This document shows, piece after piece, positions 18,077 to 24,535 of a DNA stretch of 32,000 bases. Made by a program: the position numbers and the translations under genes. The stretch is from Nonlabens ponticola. GTDB taxonomy: Bacteria; Bacteroidota; Bacteroidia; Flavobacteriales; Flavobacteriaceae. The notes below the pieces were generated by a model that saw nothing but the letters and a program-made list of their open reading frames with translations, was not told the origin of the DNA and did not search any database. The stretch lies in assembly GCF_003966335.1 (NCBI RefSeq), contig NZ_CP034549.1:390001-422000 (forward strand), read 5' to 3'. The number at the start of each line of letters is the position of its first letter. Within the stretch, counting starts at the first letter, position 1.

Positions 18077-21000
18077 CTATTTCCTAACCTTACCAGGTTT
18101 TCTACCAGCACCGCGCTGGTACACATCTACTTTTTCATGCGGCAGTTCTTGTCTTCTATAACCGTTGCCATTGCCCATGCGCCTATCCTTTAAACTAGCT
18201 TGTTTATCCAGTCGATGGATGGTTTGCGGATTATCCTCTGCATATCGTGGATCCTCGATATAGTCTGCTTTTTTCATGTCTTGCACCTCGATGGAACAAA
18301 AATCAAACTCTTCTACCACCTTGCCATAAACTGCATAGATACCGCTGCCGCGAAAGGTAATCCTAGCAGCCACAGGTGGAAACATCACGGTGTCAAAAAA
18401 GTGACCATCACGGTCTAGAAAAGTGCCAAATTGCATGCGCTTTCCCTTACCCGTATGAGTCGTTTTTATATTGACTACATAACCATAAATCAGGATATTT
18501 CTATTGAGATGATCCTTGAGATCCTTGCACGTATTGTTGTTTACCGGTGGCTTTACCAGTAGGTCAAAATGTGAGCACAATGGGAAACCCAATAGCTCAA
18601 TCTGTTCAAAGGCTAGTTCTTGCAACGTTGTAGTTAATTTGGGAATGCTCGCTTGTCTAAACTTGGGTACAAACAGCTGTTTTTGCAAGGCTTTTTTAGG
18701 TGTTTTATCCATTTTAAAATGTGCTTGCCACAACAATTCATACCGGTCAATACCTGTGAACCTAAATGCGTTGATACGTATCAACAAACTCATTTGATCA
18801 ATGCTAATACCTACTCTATTAATAAAATCTTCCAGCGATTTGAAATCACCATCATACCATCGTGCTTCTGTGATGAGTCTCATGGTGGTTTTTTCTAGCT
18901 CATTGATATAGCTGTAGCCCAGGTAGATGGTCTTGCCTTTAATGACATTGGCAATATCACTATTATTGACGCACGGCGCCTCGATGATCGCGCCGCACAT
19001 TCTAGCCTCATGCACATATAGTTCTGGCCTGTAAAAACCACCACCATTATTGAGTGTTGCAGTCATATATTCTAGCGGGAAATATCGTTTCAAGTACAGA
19101 CTCTGGTAACTTTCCACGGCGTAAGATGCACTGTGACCTTTCGCGAAAGCGTAACCCGCAAAACTCTTGATCTGATCCCATATTTCTTGAGCTTCTTCTT
19201 TTTTATAGCCCAGCTTGATGCAGTTTTGAAAATACTTCTGTTCCACGCGCTTGAACTCATCGCGCGAACGGTACTTACCGCTCATACCGCGACGCAGGAT
19301 GTCGGCCTCGGCAAGGTCTAGTTTTGCATAGTGGTGCGCCACCTTGATCACGTCTTCCTGATAGACCATGATGCCATAGGTCTCTGGCATGATCTCGTTG
19401 AGGATAGGATGCGCCTCGGCACGTTTTTCTGGGAATCGGGTGCGCAGGATAAACTCGCGCATCATACCACTTTGCGCCACACCAGGCCTGATCACGCTAC
19501 TCGCTGCGACCAGTCCTATATAATCGTTTGTAGCGAGCTTGCTCAACAGCATGCGCATGGCAGGCGACTCAATGTAAAAACAACCTATACAACCAGCGCG
19601 TGACAGCATGCGGTTGATGTTCTCATCTTTCATAAAAGACTTGACATCGCGGCGCACATCTGCCACCTGTGCGTTGGGCTGGTTTTCTTTGATCAGTTGT
19701 ATGGCATCGCGTATTTTTCCCAGACCGCGCTGTGCGAGTATATCAAACTTGTGGATTCCAGCATCCTCGGCAATGTGCATGTCAAACTGTACGGTCGCAT
19801 AACCTTTGGGCGGCAAGCTGGTAGCGCTGTAATAATGAATGGGACGCTCTGTAATGAGGATACCACCTGCGTGGATGCTGGTATAATTGGGCTTGTCTTT
19901 AATATGATGTGCATACTTGAGCACCAGTTGATGCATCTGGTCCAGTTGCTTGCCGTTCCAGTTTCCCGTTGAGAGCATGTCGATATCTGCTCGCGGTAAA
20001 CCGAATACCTTACCCAATTCCCTAATCACCGCGCGATATTGAAAGGTGACATAAGTGCCTTGCAAAGCAACGTTGTCAAATCTCTTGAAAATAAAGTCTG
20101 TCATGTCCTCGCGATCGTCCCATGAGAAGTCAAGGTCAAAATCTGGTGGGCTGGTACGGTAATCATTGATGAATCGCTCAAAATACAGATCGAGTTCTAT
20201 GGGATCGACCTCGGTTATTTGTAGCAGGTAAGCCAGGATACTATTAGCACCACTACCGCGGCCTACATAGAAATAGCCTTGGCTGCGAGCGTATTCACAT
20301 ATCTTCCAGTTGATTAGGAAATAGGCGACAAAGTTTTTGCGGGCAACCGTAGAAATTTCTTTCTCAATACGTTCTTTGATGTCTTTGTTAGAGGCTCCAT
20401 ACCGCACGGCAATACCTTGTTGCGCGAGCTCTTTAAGTAATTTGAAGTCGGCTTTTTGGTTTTCTTCTAGCGTGCCATCGCGATGGTAGGTTTTCTGGTT
20501 GGCATTGAGCTGTGACTTGTCATAATCAAAACTGATGCTGCATTGATCCAACAGCTTTTTTGTGTTTTCCAGAATAAAGGGATAATCCGCAAAAGCTTTT
20601 TCAAGATCATCTACTGGAATCATGGTGTCCTCAAGGCTGCCTTGCTGATTATCTGGTAATTGACTAAGCAAGATATTGAGATCGATGCATCGCAACAATC
20701 TGTGAGCATTGTAGTCTCGCTTGTTTCTAAAACTCGTGGTTTGCATCACGACGAGCTTGTCCTTGTAATTAATGTAGTCGGTAAACGGTAATTTACGTAG
20801 CGCTGCAATGGAGATTCCTATGTATTCGCTTTCGCGAAAGCGGTCTACCACACTACAACCAGTAGAACTTTTTTTATCCAATGCCATCACCGTGTTGAGC
20901 GGATAGATAACAAATGCATTGTCAAACGCTGGCGCCTCATCTGGTAATGGCGTCTTGTTATGCAAATGCCCTGATAAAAAGGCGTTGAGCTCCTGAAAAC

Positions 21001-21241
21001 CTGCATTGTTCCTTGCAATCCCAACGTACAGCTGTTGGTGCTCGTTACGGAAATCAATACCAATCACAGGTCGTTGTGGCATATCCTCTAACAATCTGAC
21101 AAAGTTGAGGCAGGCACTGGTGTTGTTGATGTCGGTAAGTACAATGGTTTCCACACCATTTTCCACAGCGAGATCGATGAGTTCTTGCTCACTGTAAGCA
21201 CCATAGCGCATGGAATAATATGTGTGGTTGTTTAAATACAC
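18077..21241 (-). CDS. dnaE2: error-prone DNA polymerase, DnaE2-like (second Pol III alpha-family paralogue)
   Basis: The PHP-domain N-terminus is MYLNNHTYYSMRYGAYSEQELIDLAVENGVETIVLTDIN, reached from an in-frame GTG at 21241. The Pol III alpha core includes GYAFAKGHSASYA, and an OB-fold-like region lies at the C-terminus. The 76 codons upstream in the ORF track translate tandem repeats. Palindrome copies 7 and 8 lie inside this gene. Confidence 0.88.
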   Translation of the reverse strand: MYLNNHTYYSMRYGAYSEQELIDLAVENGVETIVLTDINNTSACLNFVRLLEDMPQRPVIGIDFRNEHQQLYVGIARNNAGFQELNAFLSGHLHNKTPLPDEAPAFDNAFVIYPLNTVMALDKKSSTGCSVVDRFRESEYIGISIAALRKLPFTDYINYKDKLVVMQTTSFRNKRDYNAHRLLRCIDLNILLSQLPDNQQGSLEDTMIPVDDLEKAFADYPFILENTKKLLDQCSISFDYDKSQLNANQKTYHRDGTLEENQKADFKLLKELAQQGIAVRYGASNKDIKERIEKEISTVARKNFVAYFLINWKICEYARSQGYFYVGRGSGANSILAYLLQITEVDPIELDLYFERFINDYRTSPPDFDLDFSWDDREDMTDFIFKRFDNVALQGTYVTFQYRAVIRELGKVFGLPRADIDMLSTGNWNGKQLDQMHQLVLKYAHHIKDKPNYTSIHAGGILITERPIHYYSATSLPPKGYATVQFDMHIAEDAGIHKFDILAQRGLGKIRDAIQLIKENQPNAQVADVRRDVKSFMKDENINRMLSRAGCIGCFYIESPAMRMLLSKLATNDYIGLVAASSVIRPGVAQSGMMREFILRTRFPEKRAEAHPILNEIMPETYGIMVYQEDVIKVAHHYAKLDLAEADILRRGMSGKYRSRDEFKRVEQKYFQNCIKLGYKKEEAQEIWDQIKSFAGYAFAKGHSASYAVESYQSLYLKRYFPLEYMTATLNNGGGFYRPELYVHEARMCGAIIEAPCVNNSDIANVIKGKTIYLGYSYINELEKTTMRLITEARWYDGDFKSLEDFINRVGISIDQMSLLIRINAFRFTGIDRYELLWQAHFKMDKTPKKALQKQLFVPKFRQASIPKLTTTLQELAFEQIELLGFPLCSHFDLLVKPPVNNNTCKDLKDHLNRNILIYGYVVNIKTTHTGKGKRMQFGTFLDRDGHFFDTVMFPPVAARITFRGSGIYAVYGKVVEEFDFCSIEVQDMKKADYIEDPRYAEDNPQTIHRLDKQASLKDRRMGNGNGYRRQELPHEKVDVYQRGAGRKPGKVRK
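19138..19149. repeat. palindrome copy 7 (degenerate), cCTTTCGCGAAAGc
   Basis: It has a 12-bp perfect core and one mismatch to the 14-mer. It lies in the dnaE2 conserved motif GYAFAKGHSASYA. Confidence 0.8.
20827..20842. repeat. palindrome copy 8, CGCTTTCGCGAAAGCG
   Basis: Exact 16-mer in dnaE2, read as RFRES. Confidence 0.95.
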
Positions 21242-21322
21242 GAGCCTCTTTTTCCTCTGGACATTTCCCCAAAGGGAAAATTCATTTAAATTATTTTTTC
21301 TTTCTAATACTAGACCATCATT

Positions 21323-21346
21323 GTCACTTCGACTACGCTCAGTGAC
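21323..21346 (-). repeat. hairpin carrying the GAGCGTAGTCGA motif (shared with 26214-26233)
   Basis: The minus strand reads GTCACT-GAGCGTAGTCGA-AGTGAC. The identical 12-mer occurs at 26218-26229 on the plus strand. In both places the motif has the same orientation relative to local transcription. Confidence 0.55.
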
Positions 21347-21361
21347 CTCAAGAGAAAATTT

Positions 21362-21421
21362 CAAATCCCAAGTTCCAAGTTCCAAATCCCAAATCCCAAA
21401 TCTCAAATCCCAAACCTCAAC
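21362..21421 (-). repeat. heptamer tandem array, (GGATTTG)n-like, ~8.5 units
   Basis: The plus strand reads CAAATCC CAAGTTC CAAGTTC CAAATCC CAAATCC CAAATCT CAAATCC CAAACCT CAAC. Confidence 0.85.
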
Positions 21422-21472
21422 TAAACCTGAGGACTGAGGCACTCGAAGTCCGACTTTATAAAATCCCAAACC

Positions 21473-21541
21473 GTCAACTATTAACTATTAACTGATGCCA
21501 TCAACTGTCAACTGACAACTATTAACTGTTAACTAATAACT
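21473..21541 (-). repeat. heptamer tandem array, (AGTTNNN)n, ~10 units, starting 3 nt after the Y-family polymerase stop
   Basis: The plus strand reads GTCAACT ATTAACT ATTAACT GATGCCATCAACT GTCAACT GACAACT ATTAACT GTTAACT AATAACT. Confidence 0.85.
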
Positions 21542-21544
21542 GTA

Positions 21545-22762
21545 TCACTGCTTCCTATGTGCCAGCACTACTGGCGGTAAACCGTTAAACGGATTAATCA
21601 TTCTTCCTATAGTTCTCGCACCTAATCCTGATGCGCGTACTACCGCTCGATCGCCGTATTTCTCACGTACGTTGTCAAGTGCGTTATATAAATTAAGTGC
21701 CGTTTCTGTATCGTCAAACAGGTTGATTTGATAATTACCCGTTACCAGATGCGAGAAACGTATGCCTATCAATCGCACCAGCAGCCTGCGGTTATAAAGT
21801 CGCTCAAAAATCTCTAATATTTTGGGGATCAAGATGTGATCTGCGCTGCAATACGGTATCCGCATTTGTTTTGAATACGTATTAAAGTCAGAATACTTGA
21901 TCTTGACATTGATACAAGCCGTGAGTTTATCACCACGTCGCAACTGATAGGCAAGATTCTCTGTCATGGCGATGAGTATGGATTTGAGTTTCTTGACATC
22001 AATGGTGTCCTTGTCAAAGGTGCGCTCTGTACTTATGGACTTGCGCTCGTTGAAGGCAATCACTGGTCTGTTGTCCACGCCTTGCGCGCGACGCCATATC
22101 AAACTACCGTTCTTACCTAATACTTTGATAAGCATTTCTTCCTGCATTTCCTGCAACGTCTTTATACGCTTGACGCCCAAGTGCCGCAAGGTCTGATAGG
22201 TCTTATCGCCTACTTGTGGTATTTTTTTGATCGACAACGGTGCCATGAATTGTTTCTCAAAGCCATTGTCGATCATAAGCTGATTGTTAGGCTTTGCCTC
22301 ACCCGTGGCAATTTTTGAAACCACCTTATTGACTGACAAGCCAAAGGAAATAGGTAAACCAGTTTCCTTAATGATCTTGCGACGTATTTCTGTAGCGATC
22401 TTATAGCAATCATAAAACCGATCCATGCCTGTCATGTCTGCATAGAACTCATCGATACTAGACTTTTCAAACAACGGTGTTTCTTGTTTGATGATTTCAG
22501 TCACTTCATCAGAATGTTTTGAGTACGTGCCCGCATTGCCTCTTATGACGATGGCCTCTGGACACAGCTGGCGTGCAAGTTTCATGGACATACCACTATG
22601 CACACCATAACCACGCGTCTCATAACTACACGCCGCTACGACACCACGATCACTGGTACCGCCTACCAGTAGTGGCTTGTACTGTAGTCTAGAGTCGATC
22701 TTGCGCTCTACAGACACATAAAATGTATCCAGATCCATGTGCATGATATGCCTGTCGTTCAT
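21545..22762 (-). CDS. dinB: Y-family DNA polymerase (DinB / Pol IV-like), catalytic residues present
   Basis: Motifs MHMDLDTFYVSVE (catalytic Asp motif), SIDEFYADMT (D-E motif) and the little-finger region are present. The ORF is 405 aa. Confidence 0.9.
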   Translation of the reverse strand: MNDRHIMHMDLDTFYVSVERKIDSRLQYKPLLVGGTSDRGVVAACSYETRGYGVHSGMSMKLARQLCPEAIVIRGNAGTYSKHSDEVTEIIKQETPLFEKSSIDEFYADMTGMDRFYDCYKIATEIRRKIIKETGLPISFGLSVNKVVSKIATGEAKPNNQLMIDNGFEKQFMAPLSIKKIPQVGDKTYQTLRHLGVKRIKTLQEMQEEMLIKVLGKNGSLIWRRAQGVDNRPVIAFNERKSISTERTFDKDTIDVKKLKSILIAMTENLAYQLRRGDKLTACINVKIKYSDFNTYSKQMRIPYCSADHILIPKILEIFERLYNRRLLVRLIGIRFSHLVTGNYQINLFDDTETALNLYNALDNVREKYGDRAVVRASGLGARTIGRMINPFNGLPPVVLAHRKQ

Positions 22763-22783
22763 CGCTTAGTCTTAATTATTGTG

Positions 22784-22815
22784 GCTAAAAAACCTCACTT
22801 ATTACAGTGAGGTTT
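22784..22815 (-). terminator. terminator-like hairpin in the 5' leader of the polymerase operon (possible attenuator)
   Basis: The minus strand reads AAACCTCACT-GTAATA-AGTGAGGTTT followed by TTTAGCC. That is a 7-10 bp stem running into a 6-T run, 20-50 nt upstream of the ATG at 22762. No minus-strand gene lies upstream of it that it could terminate. Confidence 0.4.
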
Positions 22816-22837
22816 CTGGCAATCAACTAGTATATAA

Positions 22838-22850
22838 ATGGAAATATTCC
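22838..22850. promoter_or_regulatory. operator-like box 1, ATGGAAATATTCC
   Basis: One of three copies of ATGGAAnTATTCC (a GGAA-N3-TTCC inverted repeat). Its centre is at 22845. Confidence 0.45.
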
Positions 22851-22873
22851 TAGCTATTTGTATTATTTCATTT

Positions 22874-22881
22874 CAAAAGTA
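22874..22881 (-). promoter_or_regulatory. candidate -7 box TACTTTTG for the polymerase operon
   Basis: The minus strand matches the Bacteroidota TAnnTTTG consensus, and its TA is the last two bases of operator-like box 2. I found no clear -33 TTG. Confidence 0.3.
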
Positions 22882-22896
22882 TGGAACTATTCCATA
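22880..22896. promoter_or_regulatory. operator-like box 2, perfect 7-3-7 palindrome TATGGAA-CTA-TTCCATA
   Basis: This is the best-formed of the three boxes. Its centre is at 22888, exactly 43 bp from boxes 1 and 3. Confidence 0.5.
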
Positions 22897-22923
22897 TTAA
22901 TCGAGTAGATAATTGTTAAAATG

Positions 22924-22936
22924 ATGGAATTATTCC
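22924..22936. promoter_or_regulatory. operator-like box 3, ATGGAATTATTCC
   Basis: The core GGAATTATTCC is a perfect 11-bp palindrome. Its centre is at 22931. Confidence 0.45.
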
Positions 22937-22986
22937 GCATCGCAGTCATAGCACTTGACAAGTAAGGTACAATTCATCTATTATTA

Positions 22987-23006
22987 TTTTTAGCCTTGAC
23001 TAAAAA
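22987..23006. promoter_or_regulatory. candidate DtxR/MntR-type operator, TTTTTAGCCTTGACTAAAAA
   Basis: This is an imperfect 20-bp palindrome with 8 of 10 arm positions paired. The TTAG...CTAA arms recall the DtxR-family box arms. It lies 41 bp upstream of the mntR ATG. Confidence 0.3.
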
Positions 23007-23046
23007 TAAGTTTACCTACACCCAATTAATGTTTTACCTTTGCCGT

Positions 23047-23703
23047 ATGCATTCAGTATCAGAAGAGAATTACATCAAGGCCATCCATCACTTACAGCAA
23101 GGTGATGACCTTGTTTCTACAAATGAGATTGCTGCGCGCATGAATACCAGAGCATCATCAGTAACTGATATGCTCAAGAAACTGGCCGATAAAAATCTAG
23201 CGGAATATATTCCCTATAAAGGATCGCGACTCACACAAATGGGAACCGATTGTGCTACCAGCATCATCAGGAAACACCGTTTGTGGGAAGTATTCCTGGT
23301 AGAGAAACTCAATTTCTCATGGGATGAAGTCCATGAGGTAGCAGAGCAGCTAGAACATATCCAATCTCGCAAACTTATCGACGAGCTGGACAAACACTTG
23401 GGTTACCCTAGAAAAGATCCACACGGCGATCCTATTCCTGATAAGGACGGTAACTACGAGAAAACACAACAGGCACCACTATCCATAGTCGATGTAGGCA
23501 CACACGTTGCCATCACTGGCGTGGTGGACACCTCAAAAGAGTTCTTGAATTATCTGGACAAACACAACATCCAGCTAGGCACCCAGCTAAAAGTTCTAGA
23601 TAAAGAAGATTTTGATGGATCAGTAACCGTCGAGACACCTCATAAAACGCTACAGCTATCGCGTCAAATAGCCGACAACCTATTTATAAAAGAACAACCA
23701 TGA
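23047..23703 (+). CDS. mntR: DtxR/MntR-family metal-dependent transcriptional regulator
   Basis: The ATG at 23047 gives MHSVSEENYIKAIHHL.., a typical DtxR-family N-terminus. Motifs HRLWEVFLVEKL and DPHGDPIP and a C-terminal FeoA/SH3-like domain are present. The ORF-track TTG extension was rejected. Confidence 0.85.
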   Translation: MHSVSEENYIKAIHHLQQGDDLVSTNEIAARMNTRASSVTDMLKKLADKNLAEYIPYKGSRLTQMGTDCATSIIRKHRLWEVFLVEKLNFSWDEVHEVAEQLEHIQSRKLIDELDKHLGYPRKDPHGDPIPDKDGNYEKTQQAPLSIVDVGTHVAITGVVDTSKEFLNYLDKHNIQLGTQLKVLDKEDFDGSVTVETPHKTLQLSRQIADNLFIKEQP

Positions 23704-24482
23704 AAAAAATCATATACCTCTCAGCATTACTTATTTCTCTGCAACTGGTTGCGCAACAGGAACAAATAAATCCAGACGGCGCGCTCGTCACAGATAGACC
23801 CGACGCTACAGAATCGCCCAGCGTAGTACGACCTGGTTATCTGCAAATTGAAACTGGTGGTTTCTATACTGAAAATGAAGAAAACGGCACCACCATAAAG
23901 GAAACTACTTACAACACGACCCTACTGCGCTATGGCGTAATGAAAAATGTAGAACTGCGATTGGGACTGGATTATCGCAACACTCAGTTTGGGTCTAGCG
24001 ACAATGATCTCAATGGCTTATCACCCTTATTGCTAGGTGCCAAAATAGGTATCGCACAAGAAGACGGCTGGAAACCACAGATGGCACTGCTAGGACATTT
24101 GACCCTACCATATACTGCCAGCAGTGACTATGACCCAGAGGCTACTGGCATGGACTTTAGATTTGCATTCAACCACACATTGTCAGACAGGTCAGGTATT
24201 GCCTACAATCTGGGCGCACGATTAGACGCTGGCAATCCAGAACTTGCTTATTTATATACCGTTGCCTACGGCTACAGCTTGACAAATACCATAGGTGCCT
24301 ATGTAGAGCTATACGGTGATTTCCCTACAGACTCTAGCGCAAATCATTTATGGGACGCAGGTTTCACCTATCTCGCAAACAACGATTTACAATTTGATGT
24401 GACCGTAGGCTCGGGTATCACAGATGGACAAGACATCTTGCTCAGCGCTGGATTGAGTTACCGCATTAGAAAAAAGCAGTAG
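23700..24482 (+). CDS. outer-membrane beta-barrel 'transporter' (MetA-pathway/PF13557-like)
   Basis: A signal peptide (MKKIIYLSALLISLQLVAQQ) is followed by the TDRPDATESP motif typical of that family. The body shows alternating strand patterns and ends ..LSYRIRKKQ. Its start overlaps the mntR stop (ATGA). Confidence 0.7.
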   Translation: MKKIIYLSALLISLQLVAQQEQINPDGALVTDRPDATESPSVVRPGYLQIETGGFYTENEENGTTIKETTYNTTLLRYGVMKNVELRLGLDYRNTQFGSSDNDLNGLSPLLLGAKIGIAQEDGWKPQMALLGHLTLPYTASSDYDPEATGMDFRFAFNHTLSDRSGIAYNLGARLDAGNPELAYLYTVAYGYSLTNTIGAYVELYGDFPTDSSANHLWDAGFTYLANNDLQFDVTVGSGITDGQDILLSAGLSYRIRKKQ

Positions 24483-24498
24483 AGATGATACTGGTTAC

Positions 24499-24512
24499 GC
24501 TTTCGCGAAAGC
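24499..24512. repeat. palindrome copy 9, GCTTTCGCGAAAGC
   Basis: Exact 14-mer in the 53-bp spacer between the OM-barrel gene and the substrate-binding protein gene. Confidence 0.95.
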
Positions 24513-24535
24513 AAAAAACACAACAACACCTCAAC

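Noticed and set aside
17780-18193. Plus-strand ORFs 17780-17962, 17862-18161 and 17987-18193.
   Set aside because: They cross the hairpin-repeat spacer and lie antisense to the ends of the radical-SAM and dnaE2 genes. The open frames are explained by repeat content.
18200-21437. Numerous 60-93-aa plus-strand ORFs inside dnaE2 (e.g. 18516-18797, 19331-19603, 19697-19972).
   Set aside because: They are antisense to a long, well-supported polymerase gene and have no recognisable motifs, which is typical of shadow ORFs.
21242-21469. The ORF-track N-terminal 76 aa of the 1130-aa dnaE2 ORF (MGFYKVGLRVPQSSGLVEVWDLRFGIWDLELGTWDLKFSLEVTERSRSDNDG...).
   Set aside because: It is a read-through of the heptamer arrays and the GAGCGTAGTCGA hairpin; the WDL repeats mirror the 7-nt period. 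The PHP domain begins right after an in-frame GTG at 21241 (MYLNNHTYYS..), so I treat the upstream part as non-coding.
21362-21541. The heptamer arrays as a CRISPR array or mobile-element terminus.
   Set aside because: The units are 7 nt with no spacers, and there are no cas genes. No transposase or integrase, and no terminal inverted repeats flanking a cargo, occur anywhere in the window.
22996-23046. The TTG-initiated 17-aa extension of mntR, and similar 5' extensions at 3062-3133 and 3792-3827.
   Set aside because: The internal ATGs give canonical N-termini: a DtxR-type start, a signal peptide, and UppS without overlap. The extensions overlap the control region or the upstream genes.
24485-24535. 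The N-terminal extension MILVTLSRKQKTQQHLN of the substrate-binding protein ORF.
   Set aside because: It reads through palindrome copy 9. The ATG at 24536 gives a clean lipoprotein signal peptide ([16 protein letters not shown]).
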